Of a stretch of 64,000 nucleotides of DNA, positions 11,163 through 20,965 are shown piece after piece. The DNA comes from Acidobacteriota bacterium (GTDB taxonomy: Bacteria > Acidobacteriota > UBA890 > WLXD01): NCBI GenBank assembly GCA_963666055.2, contig CAXWPH010000015.1, positions 320,001-384,000 of the forward strand. The letters run 5' to 3'. Numbering within the stretch: position 1 is the first letter of the stretch; the number at the start of each line of letters is the position of its first letter. The position numbers and the translations under genes were made by a program. The notes below the pieces were generated by a model that made no database searches, had not been told where the DNA came from, and saw only the letters and a list, made by a program, of their open reading frames with translations.

Positions 11163-11611
11163 TCAACCCTGACGCGGCAGGTCGCCACCGGCGAATAGCG
11201 TGAAGTTCTCGAGGCGCTTGTTTTGATTCAAGTTCGCCGACGTCGTGTAGAGCACATCGAGCTTACCGCCCAGCACGAGCACAAACTTCGCATGGCTATT
11301 CCACACCCGGATAGCTTGATCGCCAAACAGATGACGCGCGCGCCCGCAGTAGCGCGGTTGCCTCGACTTGAACGAACGATCAACGAGCAGGCGAAGCGCC
11401 CTGATCCGCCCATCTTGCAGCAGCCGCTCCGCCCGCTCGATATCCGCATTCGCCGCGGTCCACGTCGACACCGTGACGTCGCTAGGACCGCACCGCTCGA
11501 GTAGCTCTTCGATCCCATCGATCAGCGACCACGTCCCGTCAGAGAGGCCATGAATCGAACAACCATCGGCGAACCCTTCGAAGGCTTCCGCAGGCCCACG
11601 GGAGTTGCGAC
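11163..11611 (-). pseudogene. phage phospholipase-D-like protein, 5' end cut by IS3
   Basis: HAKF...TSANLNQNKRLE motif; frame continues upstream (HGLSDGTWSLIDGIEELL) to the IS end at 11612. Confidence 0.6.
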
Positions 11612-12495
11612 TGGGCCTCCCCCGATTTCCCGGACACCTTTGGAAGCCCGATAATGGGCTCGGAGGTGAAGCATGGGGTCACGACGGCGGTACAGTCGCG
11701 AGTTCAAGATTGAGGCAGTGAGGATGGTGACGCAGCTGGGCCATCCGGTGTCTGAGGTGGCCCGGGATCTGGGTGTTGGCCGCGGCATGTTGACCAAGTG
11801 GCGCAAACAGCTCCAGGAGCAGGGGGTCACGGCGTTTCCGGGCGCGGGGAAGATGCCCGACCAGGACCTGGACGGGCAACAGCTACGGCGGGACCTGCGG
11901 CGAGTACGGCAGGAGCGCGACATTCTAAAAAAAGCGTTGGCGATCTTCTCGGAACGCCCGCGATGAAGTACCCGATCATCAAGCAACTGTCCGGCAAGTT
12001 CCCGGTGCGGCGGTTGTGCAAGATGCTCGAGGTGTCTCACGGCGGTTACTACGAGTGGCGAGGAAGGGGGCCGAGCCCGAGAGCGCGAGAAGATCGCCGT
12101 CTACGTGTGCAGATCAGAGCTGCATTCCGAGAGAGCCGCGACCGTTACGGAAGTCCGCGCATCCACAAGCAACTTCGGCAACGAGGGATCCGCTGCTCTC
12201 GCAAGCGGGTAGCTCGGCTGATGCGCCAGGAAGGACTTCGAGCTCGCCAACCCCGTCGGTTCCGGGTGACAACACGGCCCACACCTGGGCGGTCAGCGGC
12301 GCCCAACGTGCTGGCACGGCGCTTCACGGTGGATGCCGTGGACAGCGTCTGGGTGGGCGACCTGACATACCTGTGGACGCAGGAAGGATGGCTATACCTG
12401 GCCGTGCTGATGGATCTGTGCTCGCGACGGATCATCGGCTGGGCGGTGAGCGAGACGATGACGGACGATTTGACGCTGGCGGTCCTGGATCAGGC
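11612..12495 (+). mobile_element. IS3-family element copy A, truncated in orfB
   Basis: left end TGGGCCTCCCCCGATTTCCCGGACAC; orfA RRRYSREFKIEAVRMV; orfB YGSPRI, WVGDLTYLWTQEGWLYLA; interrupted at 12496. Confidence 0.92.
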
Positions 12496-13755
12496 TGACC
12501 TGACCCCACGGTTAGTACCACGTCTTATCTCAGTAACTCGGTGCTGACAAGGGGTTGTTGAGGCCGGCGAAGCGGAGCGTAGCCGGCTTCAACAACAGCG
12601 CCTCCGGGGCCGGTGGTCGGTAGCCCAACGAGCTGTGCGGTCGCATGCGGTTGTACTGCTGCCTCCATCTCTCGATCAGAACCTTTGCCTCCTTGAGCGT
12701 GTAGAAGATCTCGCCGTTGAGCAGCTCGTCTCGGAGCTTGCCGTTGAAGCTCTCCACGTAGCCGTTCTCCCACGGCGAGCCCGGCTCGATGAACAGCGTG
12801 CCCACACCGAGCCTACCGAGCCAGTCGCGAACCGCCTCGGCGGTGAACTCCGGTCCGTTATCGGACCGGATGTGCTCAGGTATGCCCCGGTGCACGAACA
12901 ACCACCCGAGCCGCTCGAGCACGTCCTCACAGTTGAGCTTCCGTGCCACGTCGATCGCCAGGCTTTCTCGTGTGTACTCATCGACGATCGTCAGCAGCCT
13001 CATAGCCCGACCCTCGTGCGTCCGGTGATGGACGAAGTCATACGCCCAGACGTGATCTTTGCGCTGTGGTCGCAGCCGGATGCACGAGCCATCGCTGAGC
13101 CACAGCCGGGCTCGTTTGGGCTGCTTTGTCGGTACTTTCAGCCCCTCACGCCTCCAGATACGCTGCACTCGTTTGTGGTTCACCCACCAGCCCTCCATAC
13201 GCAACAACGCCGTCACTCGCCGATACCCGTAGCGCCCGTATTGTCGGGCTAGATCCACGATCCGCTCCGTCAACATCTGCTCATCGCCCGGTTCTGTTGG
13301 CATGTACCTGTGTGTCGTGCGTGGTTGTTTCAGTACCCGGCACGCCCGCCTCTCGGAGACGCCCAGCCGCCCCCGTACATGCGCCACCGCCTCGCGCCGT
13401 CGAGCTGGGCTCAGAAGTTTCCCTCCGCGACTTCCTTCAGGATCGACAGGTCGAACTCTTTCTCCGCCACCAGTTTCTTGAGCCGGGCGTTTTCTTTCTC
13501 CAGCTGCTTGAGCCTTCTGGCCTGGTTGACCTTCAGCCCCCCGTACTCCCGCCGCCACCGATAGTAGGTGTGCTCGGTGATCGCTAGCTTGCGGCAGGCA
13601 TCCTTGACCGTCCCGCCTTGCGCCAGCTCCACTTCAGCCTCCCGGAGCTTGCGCACGATCTGCTCGGCGCTGTGCCTCTTCGTCGGCATTCTGACCTCCC
13701 CTTTTCGACCCAGATCGTGAGATTACCTCTGGATCCGTTTTGGGGGGTCAGGTCA
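12496..13755 (-). mobile_element. complete IS3-family element (IS407-like; orfA 13411-13689, orfB to 12530)
   Basis: terminal inverted repeats TGACCTGACCCC at both ends; GGC on both flanks; [27 protein letters not shown] motifs. Confidence 0.93.
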
Positions 13756-14556
13756 GGCCGAGCTCAGCGCTTTAACCAAGCTGGCCCTGTCCGCGTGCCC
13801 CTGTGTCCGAATCAGGCGCAGTACTGTGATGATCAACATCGACCATGCCACGGCGGCCTGATCGGGGGTTTCGAGCACACTCGCCCGGAGGATGCTCTTT
13901 GCCGCTTGTTCGTCTCTCTCGCCCTCGCCCACTTCGATTGTCTCGACGTGAAGGAGGTTCAGGAGCTTGCGGACATCGTGGTCACTAGGGCGGGACCGGG
14001 TTGTCGCGCTCCAGGACGCCCGGATGTGGTGAGCAACAACGTCCAGGGCTTCTCTTCGCCGCTTGTGCCGAGCCCGTCACTGGGCAGCTCGTGGCCTGGG
14101 TGGTCGCGCACGCGCCCCAACGCCTCGCGGAGAGTCACACGAATGGTCGCGGGTGCGTCGACACCTACCGCCAAAACGAGGCGATCATGCGCGGCATCCA
14201 AAGGGTCCTCACCGCCCCCCGGTGCCGTTCTCCCTTGCAGGAACTGCCGAACGAATTGATCCACGGCCGAGGCAAACGGCGCGAGTTTCCCGGCGCGATG
14301 CCCAGCGCAGGAAAGGGAAACGGTCCGTTTTCACCTGTACATACGCGGTATGCCGGGTGCGCGTCGTGACGATCAGGTCATCGACTGGTTCGGGACTTTC
14401 GCAGGCGATTTGAGCTACAGGCGCCGCCAACCGGAATGGCGGTTCCGCATCCTCCTCCGCAAGCAGGTGCACCGCTACCCAGGCACTGACTCGCGCCTGG
14501 TAGTCCGCCCCGCCCCCCATCGCGGCTCCCCCCACGCTCGAGCGCCTACCCACCAC
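13756..14556 (-). pseudogene. N-terminal fragment of a large defence-type protein with PD-(D/E)xK (Cap4-like) nuclease domain
   Basis: GGGADYQARVSAW...ESPEPVDDLIV...YVQVK; continues after a frameshift (DQFVRQFL...DRLVLAV); cut by the IS at 13755. Confidence 0.55.
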
Positions 14557-15011
14557 TACTTTGAACCTTCATGAGGCCCCGCACCGTCCCCCCGGCCCTC
14601 CACCGCGGATCGGCGATGGCAGCGTCCGGCGCGCGTCCCAGTAGCACGTTGCCGCGAGCATTGTCGGGCAGTGCCTCGATGTCCGCAAGCACCTCCTCAA
14701 CGAGCCATGATCCCTTTCCGGGTATTCGACGAGATCGTGAGCCCGTCCGAGCCAGACGGACGACGCAATTTCCCGTAGACGCTGGCCGTGAAAGACCTGG
14801 TTCAGGTCGGTCGCTCCCGGTTCCATACAGAGCCCTTTCCATGATGCGTTCGATCTGGGTCCTCGAACGCTGCCGCGAGTGAAGCAAGCCCTAGATCGAA
14901 TAGCTGGACGATATCGAGCCTTGGTCGGTGCAAGCCCCGCCGCAAGCTGGGCACTCCCGGCCTCGAACAAACTCGGCTGGCAAGCCCCTCCGCACACGCA
15001 GCCAAGCTGTT

Positions 15012-15165
15012 TGACCCTGCCCCACTTTTCCGGACACTTAGTTAAGATCCATTGTCGTAGTGGTAGTAGCGGCTGTGGGAGCTGTTGGCAACGCGGAGCG
15101 TTGTCCGAGCGACGGTGGAAATCGGGAATCGATTTCCACGGGCGCATCAGCTTCCACAGCTGATT
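15012..15165. mobile_element. isolated IS3-type terminus
   Basis: TGACCCTGCCCCACTTTTCCGGACAC end followed by a GCTGTGG...CCACAGC inverted repeat. Confidence 0.55.
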
Positions 15166-15229
15166 GGCGGCTCTTGCCTGGCCGCCGCATTGCCGCCTCG
15201 AACTGAGCCGGACTCTGGTCTCCGATCGA

Positions 15230-16074
15230 TCTCGCTCACCGACCAGCCGATGATCCGTCGCGAGCACAGATCCATCAGCACGGCCAGGTAAAGCCACCCC
15301 TCCTGGGTCCACAGGTAGGTCATGTCGCCCAGCCAGACGGTATCGACGACGTCCACCGTGAAGCGTCGATCCAACAGGTTAGGCGCCGCCGGCCGCCCAA
15401 GCGTGGATCGTGTGGTTACTCGGAACCGACGAGGTTGGTGGGCTCGAAGTCCTTCCTGACGCATCAGCCGAGCTACCCGCTTGCGAGAGCAGCGTATGCC
15501 TCGTTGCCGAAGCTGCTTGTGGACACGCGGACTTCCGTACCGGTCGCGACTCTCCCGGAACGTAGCTCGGATCTGCACACGTAGACGGCGATCTTCTCGC
15601 GCTCTCGGGCTCGGTGCCCGTCCTCGCCACTCGTAATAACCGCCGTGAGACACCTCGAGCATCTTGCACAACCGCCGCACCGGGAACTTGCCGGACAGTT
15701 GCTTGATGATCGGGTACTTCATCGCGGGCGTTCCGAGAAGATCGCCAACGCTTTTTTTAGGATGTCGCGCTCCTGCCGTACTCGCCGCAGGTCCCGCCGT
15801 AGCTGTTGCGCGTCCTGGTCATGGTCGGGCCTGGCCCCCACTCCCGGAAACGCCGTGACGCCCTGCTCCTGGAGCTGTTTGCGCCACTTGGTCAACATGC
15901 CGCGGCCAACGCCCAGATCCCGCGCCACCTCTAGACACCGGATGGCCCAGCTGCGTCACCATCCTCACTGCCTCAATCTTGAACTCGCGACTGTACCGCC
16001 GTCGTGACCCCATGCTTCACCTCCGAGCCCATTATCGGGCTTCTAAAGGTGTCCGGGGAATCGGGGGAGGCCCA
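15230..16074 (-). mobile_element. IS3-family element copy B (inverted relative to copy A, truncated, orfA frameshifted)
   Basis: closely similar to 11612-12450; same left end at 16074; orfB stops after IIGWSVSE. Confidence 0.92.
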
Positions 16075-16112
16075 CCCCTTGGAGGCCGTGAAAAAGGCAG
16101 AGGACGACCTGC

Positions 16113-17930
16113 CGCTCAACGAAGGCCGGGGCGTAGACCCCGGCGACACTTCTCCGACATCTGAGCACCAGTGAAATCCTTGATCGCTCAACGAAGGCCG
16201 GGGCGTAGACCCCGGCGACACGCGGGCTCTATTGAAGCAGCTCGACCAGATCACGCACGCTCAACGAAGGACGGGGCGTAGACCCCGGCGACACTTATCG
16301 TTGCTGCCACCCAGACGGCCGTTCACCTCGAACGCTCAACGAAGGCCGGGGCGTAGACCCCGGCGACACCGGCGCGATGTTCTGTTGCCCGCCAGCTATG
16401 CGGTAGCGCGCTCAACGAAGGCCGGGGCGTAGACCCGGCGACACCCGAGCGAGACCGGGAATGCCATCCCACCGTCAAACGCTCAACGAAGGCCGGGGCG
16501 TAGACCCCGGCGACACGTAGAGAAACGATAGGTATGTAGCAGCCTTTTCATCGCTCAACGAAGGCCGGGGCGTAGACCCCGGCGACACTACCCCAGATGC
16601 AGACCCAGCCGTACTCATCATCAGCGCTCAACGAAGGCCGGGGCGTAGACCCCGGCGACACCCGGCATCCTCGAAAGCTGCCTCCAGCGTGCGGCCAGCT
16701 CGCGCTCAACGAAGGCCGGGGCGTAGACCCCGGCGACACGAGGCTGAACGCCGCAAGCTGGAGGGCATGCCCCGGAAGCGCTCAACGAAGGCCGGGGCGT
16801 AGACCCCGGCGACACGCTTTATGCCACCTACGCCGCTAGCCCACGCGCCGATGTCGCTCAACGAAGGCCGGGGCGTAGACCCCGGCGACACACTGCCTTC
16901 AAGGCCGCGACCGTCGGAGCTGCCAGCGCTCAACGAAGGCCGGGGCGTAGACCCCGGCGACACCCGGCGGCGTGGAGGCGGCGGTAGCCCTGGCGGTGGA
17001 CGCTCAACGAAGGCCGGGGCGTAGACCCCGGCGACACCACGAGTCTGCCGGAAATGCCCTGTCAGCTGTTCCGCCTCGCTCAACGAAGGCCGGGGCGTAG
17101 ACCCCGGCGACACCGCAATATTGCCGGTCCCGATGGACGCGCATAATCACGCTCAACGAAGGCCGGGGCGTAGACCCCGGCGACACCGCAATATTGCCGG
17201 TCCCGATGGACGCGCATAATCACGCTCAACGAAGGCCGGGGCGTAGACCCCGGCGACACGCAGTTTGGGCGCCACCGTATCGGCAGCCGGTACATCCCCG
17301 CTCAACGAAGGCCGGGGCGTAGACCCCGGCGGCACGCCCTTCTTGATCGGCGCCTCGCAAGCCGGACAGATGCGCTCAACGAAGGCCGGGGCGTAGACCC
17401 CGGCGACACCCCTACGATCTGGCGCTGGTGGCAGCAATGGTTCACGGCGCTCAACGAAGGCCGGGGCGTAGACCCCGGCGACACCCCTACGATCTGGCGC
17501 TGGTGGCAGCAATGGTTCACGGCGCTCAACGAAGGCCGGGGCGTAGACCCCGGCGACACTCTGCAGACAAACAAGGTCTGCCGACTGCGGGCGGCGCTCA
17601 ACGAAGGCCGGGGCGTAGACCCCGGCGACACCTCCTCCCACACCCGGTAGATAGGGCCGCTCCCTTTCGCTCAACGAAGGCCGGGGCGTAGACCCCGGCG
17701 ACACTTGGCCACGAGTTTCCTCCACGCCTTGCACGGCCTCGACCGCTCAACGAAGGCCGGGGCGTAGACCCCGGCGACACCGGCAACGTGTGGGCCGGCC
17801 CGTTCCCGCCGTTTGTCGCTCAACGAAGGCCGGGGCGTAGACCCCGGCGACACCCGCTGTACAGGCGCACCTGACTACATCGGGCTGCTGCAGCGCTCAA
17901 CGAAGGCCGGGGCGTAGACCCCGGCGACAC
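16113..17930 (-). CRISPR. CRISPR array, 25 repeats of 37 bp (GTGTCGCCGGGGTCTACGCCCCGGCCTTCGTTGAGCG), 24 spacers of 35-41 bp
   Basis: repeats counted directly; internal CCGGGG/CCCCGG hairpin; three variant repeats (16258, 16409, 17299); adjacent to cas2. Confidence 0.98.
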
Positions 17931-18152
17931 CGTTAACTGTACGAAAGAGTTTGCACCAAGGCGACACTGTACTGTCCAGTACGCAATAGAGGTGCCATTG
18001 TATCTTTGTTTGCTATTATTCAGTTTGTCTACGCAAAAAAGCGCATTGAGATCCAGTGTTACTCGGAAAGATCCATGGGATAGGCCAAGATTGCCTGCGA
18101 TGACCGCGCTTCGGGTGCGGCTGTCAAGAATCACTGAAGGTTCGCAGATGAC
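17931..18152 (-). promoter_or_regulatory. CRISPR leader
   Basis: AT-rich non-coding stretch between cas2 and the first repeat. Confidence 0.75.
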
Positions 18153-18443
18153 TTAGAGCACCCAAGGATCACCGAGTTCGTGATCTTGTCTTCGGCCTAA
18201 TCGTGATGTGGCGTCTTCGATCCTGCCGGGAAAGCGATACACAATCACGGAATCGAGTTGGCGGTCGATGACGTCTTCAATCTCACCGATCATGCGGGCT
18301 AGTCGGGCAGGCGAAAGCCTGCACTCGAAGACCGAGAGCTGTACTCGCTGGCCGTACTTCTCGCATACGTCGGCGATGCGCTTGAGCCGCGACGCCCCAA
18401 CCCCTCCCGTGTCAGCAATGTCGTACGTGACGAGGATGTCCAT
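18153..18443 (-). CDS. cas2: CRISPR-associated endoribonuclease Cas2
   Basis: MDILVTYDIAD...YGQRVQLSVFEC. Confidence 0.95.
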   Translation of the reverse strand: MDILVTYDIADTGGVGASRLKRIADVCEKYGQRVQLSVFECRLSPARLARMIGEIEDVIDRQLDSVIVYRFPGRIEDATSRLGRRQDHELGDPWVL

Positions 18444-18447
18444 CCCT

Positions 18448-19464
18448 TCAAGGCAATACGAACGGGGGGTACGCTGGCAGATCACCGCGCAGGTGACGGG
18501 CGAGCAGCGTTGCCTGGACCGACGGTAGCGCCCAACGGCCAATCGGTCGGCCCAGAAGCTGGTGGTGGATTTCGGCGTCCTTGTGCTCTTCCCATGCCTT
18601 GATCACATGTGTTCGACCATCGTCGCTCAGGTAAACGCCACCGCCCGGCGTGTGGAGGAAGCTGTCGGGACCAACTTGGCGACGGCGAACCAAGGACACG
18701 ACGAATCGGTCGGTCAGCGCACGCATTTCCTCAGCAAGGTCAAGGGCGAGTGACGGCCGGCCTGAGCGCGGACGATGGAAGAATCCGATCTGATAATCCA
18801 GACCGACGCTTTCCGCTGCGCCGATACATTCGGTCACCAGTAAGCCGTAGCAGAATCCGAGCATGGCGTTGATGGGATCTCGGGGCGGCCGTCGAGTTCT
18901 CACCGAAAACTCGAAGTCACTTGATGCAACGGCCTGACGAATCGCACCGAAGTAGATTCTGGCTGCATCTCCTTCGATACCGCGGACATGGTTGGCGGTG
19001 TCGGCGTCGGCCAATCGAGCGATGCGTTCCCGAAGCTGTACACCTCGTGCCGCGAGCCGTTCAGCATCGTCTGGATTGTTTTCATCCCGCGACCACCGGT
19101 TGACGACCTTCCTGCTGTTCTGGAGCTTCGCCGCGACAATAGCCTTGGACAAAGCGAGCACCCGCGCATCGTCCATAGCCGCCGCAAACAGTGCGGTTCG
19201 CAAATGCACGTTGCCGTTAGTCGCGGCGTTGACGACGAACCGGACGGCACCATTCATCTGGAGCGCCGCCACGCGAACACCCCGCCGCACGCACGCTTCG
19301 AGAGCCTGCGTAGTGACCTGCGCGCCCCCCAGCAGAACCAAAGCGTCAATCGCTTCGAGTGGAATCCGCCGACTGCCATCCGGAGAAGAGACGAGGAGTG
19401 CCCCTCGGCGGTGCCGCACGCGGGCACGATGATTCCGAACGTATACGGTGCTCAGGTAGCGCAT
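18448..19464 (-). CDS. cas1: CRISPR-associated endonuclease Cas1
   Basis: RGIEGDAARIYF, RRPPRDPINAMLGFCYGLL, GFFH, SLALDLAEE. Confidence 0.96.
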   Translation of the reverse strand: MRYLSTVYVRNHRARVRHRRGALLVSSPDGSRRIPLEAIDALVLLGGAQVTTQALEACVRRGVRVAALQMNGAVRFVVNAATNGNVHLRTALFAAAMDDARVLALSKAIVAAKLQNSRKVVNRWSRDENNPDDAERLAARGVQLRERIARLADADTANHVRGIEGDAARIYFGAIRQAVASSDFEFSVRTRRPPRDPINAMLGFCYGLLVTECIGAAESVGLDYQIGFFHRPRSGRPSLALDLAEEMRALTDRFVVSLVRRRQVGPDSFLHTPGGGVYLSDDGRTHVIKAWEEHKDAEIHHQLLGRPIGRWALPSVQATLLARHLRGDLPAYPPFVLP

Positions 19465-20069
19465 CCAAATACGACGTTAGCCATGTACCGGTTCACTTTG
19501 CTCGGGGCACTCGCAAGTTCAGGAAGGCAGTGATGAAGCAGCTGGCATTCCGCACAACGGCGGTCGTTGGGCGCCTCCGGTAGCTCGGCTGTCAGCATTT
19601 GTCCTCGGATTTGGCGGATGACCTCGTGCACCTCTCTGCGCAGCCCGGGCGTAAATTCAACCTGAACGCGACGTCTCGGTCCCCCGTACCACACATGGCC
19701 ATGCGGTATCGCGACATCGAGCATCTCTTCGAGACACATCGCCTGCGCGCACAGTTGAAGGTCCGCTGCCGCTCCGTGACGGACGCCCGACTTGTATTCC
19801 ACAGGACGGACGGCGCCACGTTCCATTTCGACTGCATCGGCACGGCCTGACAGTCCCAGCGCCTCAGACCAGAGCGGGATGGCCCGAAGCACCTGCCGCC
19901 CTCGTTCGCGGCGATGCTGCCCGCTGTCGACGCGCCGATGTGCACGGGTACCCCTTACTGTGTGGGCGTTGTCGTTCCATACGCCGTCACAATGAATGAG
20001 AGCGCACTGGCGCGGGCAGTATACGAAGTGCTCGATGGCGGAGATCGGAACGACGAGCTCGGCGCTCAC
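19452..20069 (-). CDS. cas4: CRISPR-associated exonuclease Cas4
   Basis: YCPRQ, GRAD, PVEYK, QLCAQAMCLEEM, C-terminal CAECQLLHHC. Confidence 0.95.
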   Translation of the reverse strand: MSAELVVPISAIEHFVYCPRQCALIHCDGVWNDNAHTVRGTRAHRRVDSGQHRRERGRQVLRAIPLWSEALGLSGRADAVEMERGAVRPVEYKSGVRHGAAADLQLCAQAMCLEEMLDVAIPHGHVWYGGPRRRVQVEFTPGLRREVHEVIRQIRGQMLTAELPEAPNDRRCAECQLLHHCLPELASAPSKVNRYMANVVFGCAT

Positions 20070-20965
20070 AATCGTTCGGCCCCAAACGCCCTCGTCGTGT
20101 CCGCTGAGCCCCTAGGTTCGAACCTGACGCTCCGCCACCCTGCGTGGACGCCCACTCGCGGCCATGTGGGCTTTTGTTCTGGGTTCCAGGCATCCATGAG
20201 CGCGTCGATGGCAGCGCTACCGAGCGGCTGATGCCACGCAGGCCAATGGAAACAGTACGCATTCGGACTCTCTGTGGTCTTTCGCCACCCTCTCTGCCTC
20301 CCTCTGACATCGGCGTGCGGGTTCGAGCGCCGGTCGGCTCCGCGACCACGTACAGGCAGCAAGGCGAGGCCGAAGAACGCGAGTTCCTCGACAACTGGAT
20401 CGATCCAGATCGATGTCCCGTCCGCGAGCGAGCCGAGTCTGGTTTGGTCAAATCCCAACCCGTTGTCTTTCACTCGGACGGCGCGACCAGCCAACGAATC
20501 TCGTATCCGCTCTGTCGAGGGTTCGAGTTGATCGTGAAGCTTCATCAACCGATGATGGAGCCACTTGATCGTCCCTGGGCCTGCGGGATCAAAAGGCGCA
20601 TGTGCTACCTCGCCGTTCCCGTCAACACACAGATCCGTCATCGTTGACGACAGCGTCCAGGAATACTGGTGGCTCCGTGCCGCTCTTGCTCGCGCAACAA
20701 ACGCCTCCACCGGGACCTTTCGCCGTAGCTTGCCGCCACCTTTCCAGTTTTCGGCGATCGGGAGGTCCTTCAGTAGCGCGGTATCCGGCCACGACTCGGC
20801 AAGCGCATCGACCGGGTTGACCTCCGCGGCAGAAAGTACAGCCAGGGGTGCGCCGTGTGTCGTCCAGTGCAGTCGGATCCTTGCATCCAACACCGTGGCA
20901 CCCACGGCCGCGAGCCAGCCGTTAATCCAGCTGGCAGGTAACCCGGGACATGTGACCTGTGTCAT
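20066..20965 (-). CDS. type I-G small Cas8-like subunit (Csb3/Cas8u2-like)
   Basis: lies between cas3 and cas4; GLPASWINGWLAAVG, RLHW, DPVVEELAFFGLALLPV, FHWPAW. Confidence 0.7.
   Translation of the reverse strand: MTQVTCPGLPASWINGWLAAVGATVLDARIRLHWTTHGAPLAVLSAAEVNPVDALAESWPDTALLKDLPIAENWKGGGKLRRKVPVEAFVARARAARSHQYSWTLSSTMTDLCVDGNGEVAHAPFDPAGPGTIKWLHHRLMKLHDQLEPSTERIRDSLAGRAVRVKDNGLGFDQTRLGSLADGTSIWIDPVVEELAFFGLALLPVRGRGADRRSNPHADVRGRQRGWRKTTESPNAYCFHWPAWHQPLGSAAIDALMDAWNPEQKPTWPRVGVHAGWRSVRFEPRGSADTTRAFGAERL

Noticed and set aside
14546-15010. Fragmented ORFs upstream of the nuclease remnant
   Set aside because: Plausibly a decayed gene, but no recognisable motif supports a call.
16150-17893. 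Self-targeting spacers matching phage remnants in this window
   Set aside because: No match found by eye; a proper alignment is still needed.
16232-18134. Repetitive ORFs (VSPGSTPRPSLS, VAGVYAPAFVER)
   Set aside because: Translations of the CRISPR repeats, not proteins.
11612-20069. CRISPR-associated transposon (CAST) interpretation
   Set aside because: Neighbouring transposases are ordinary IS3 elements; no tnsB, tnsC or tniQ is present.
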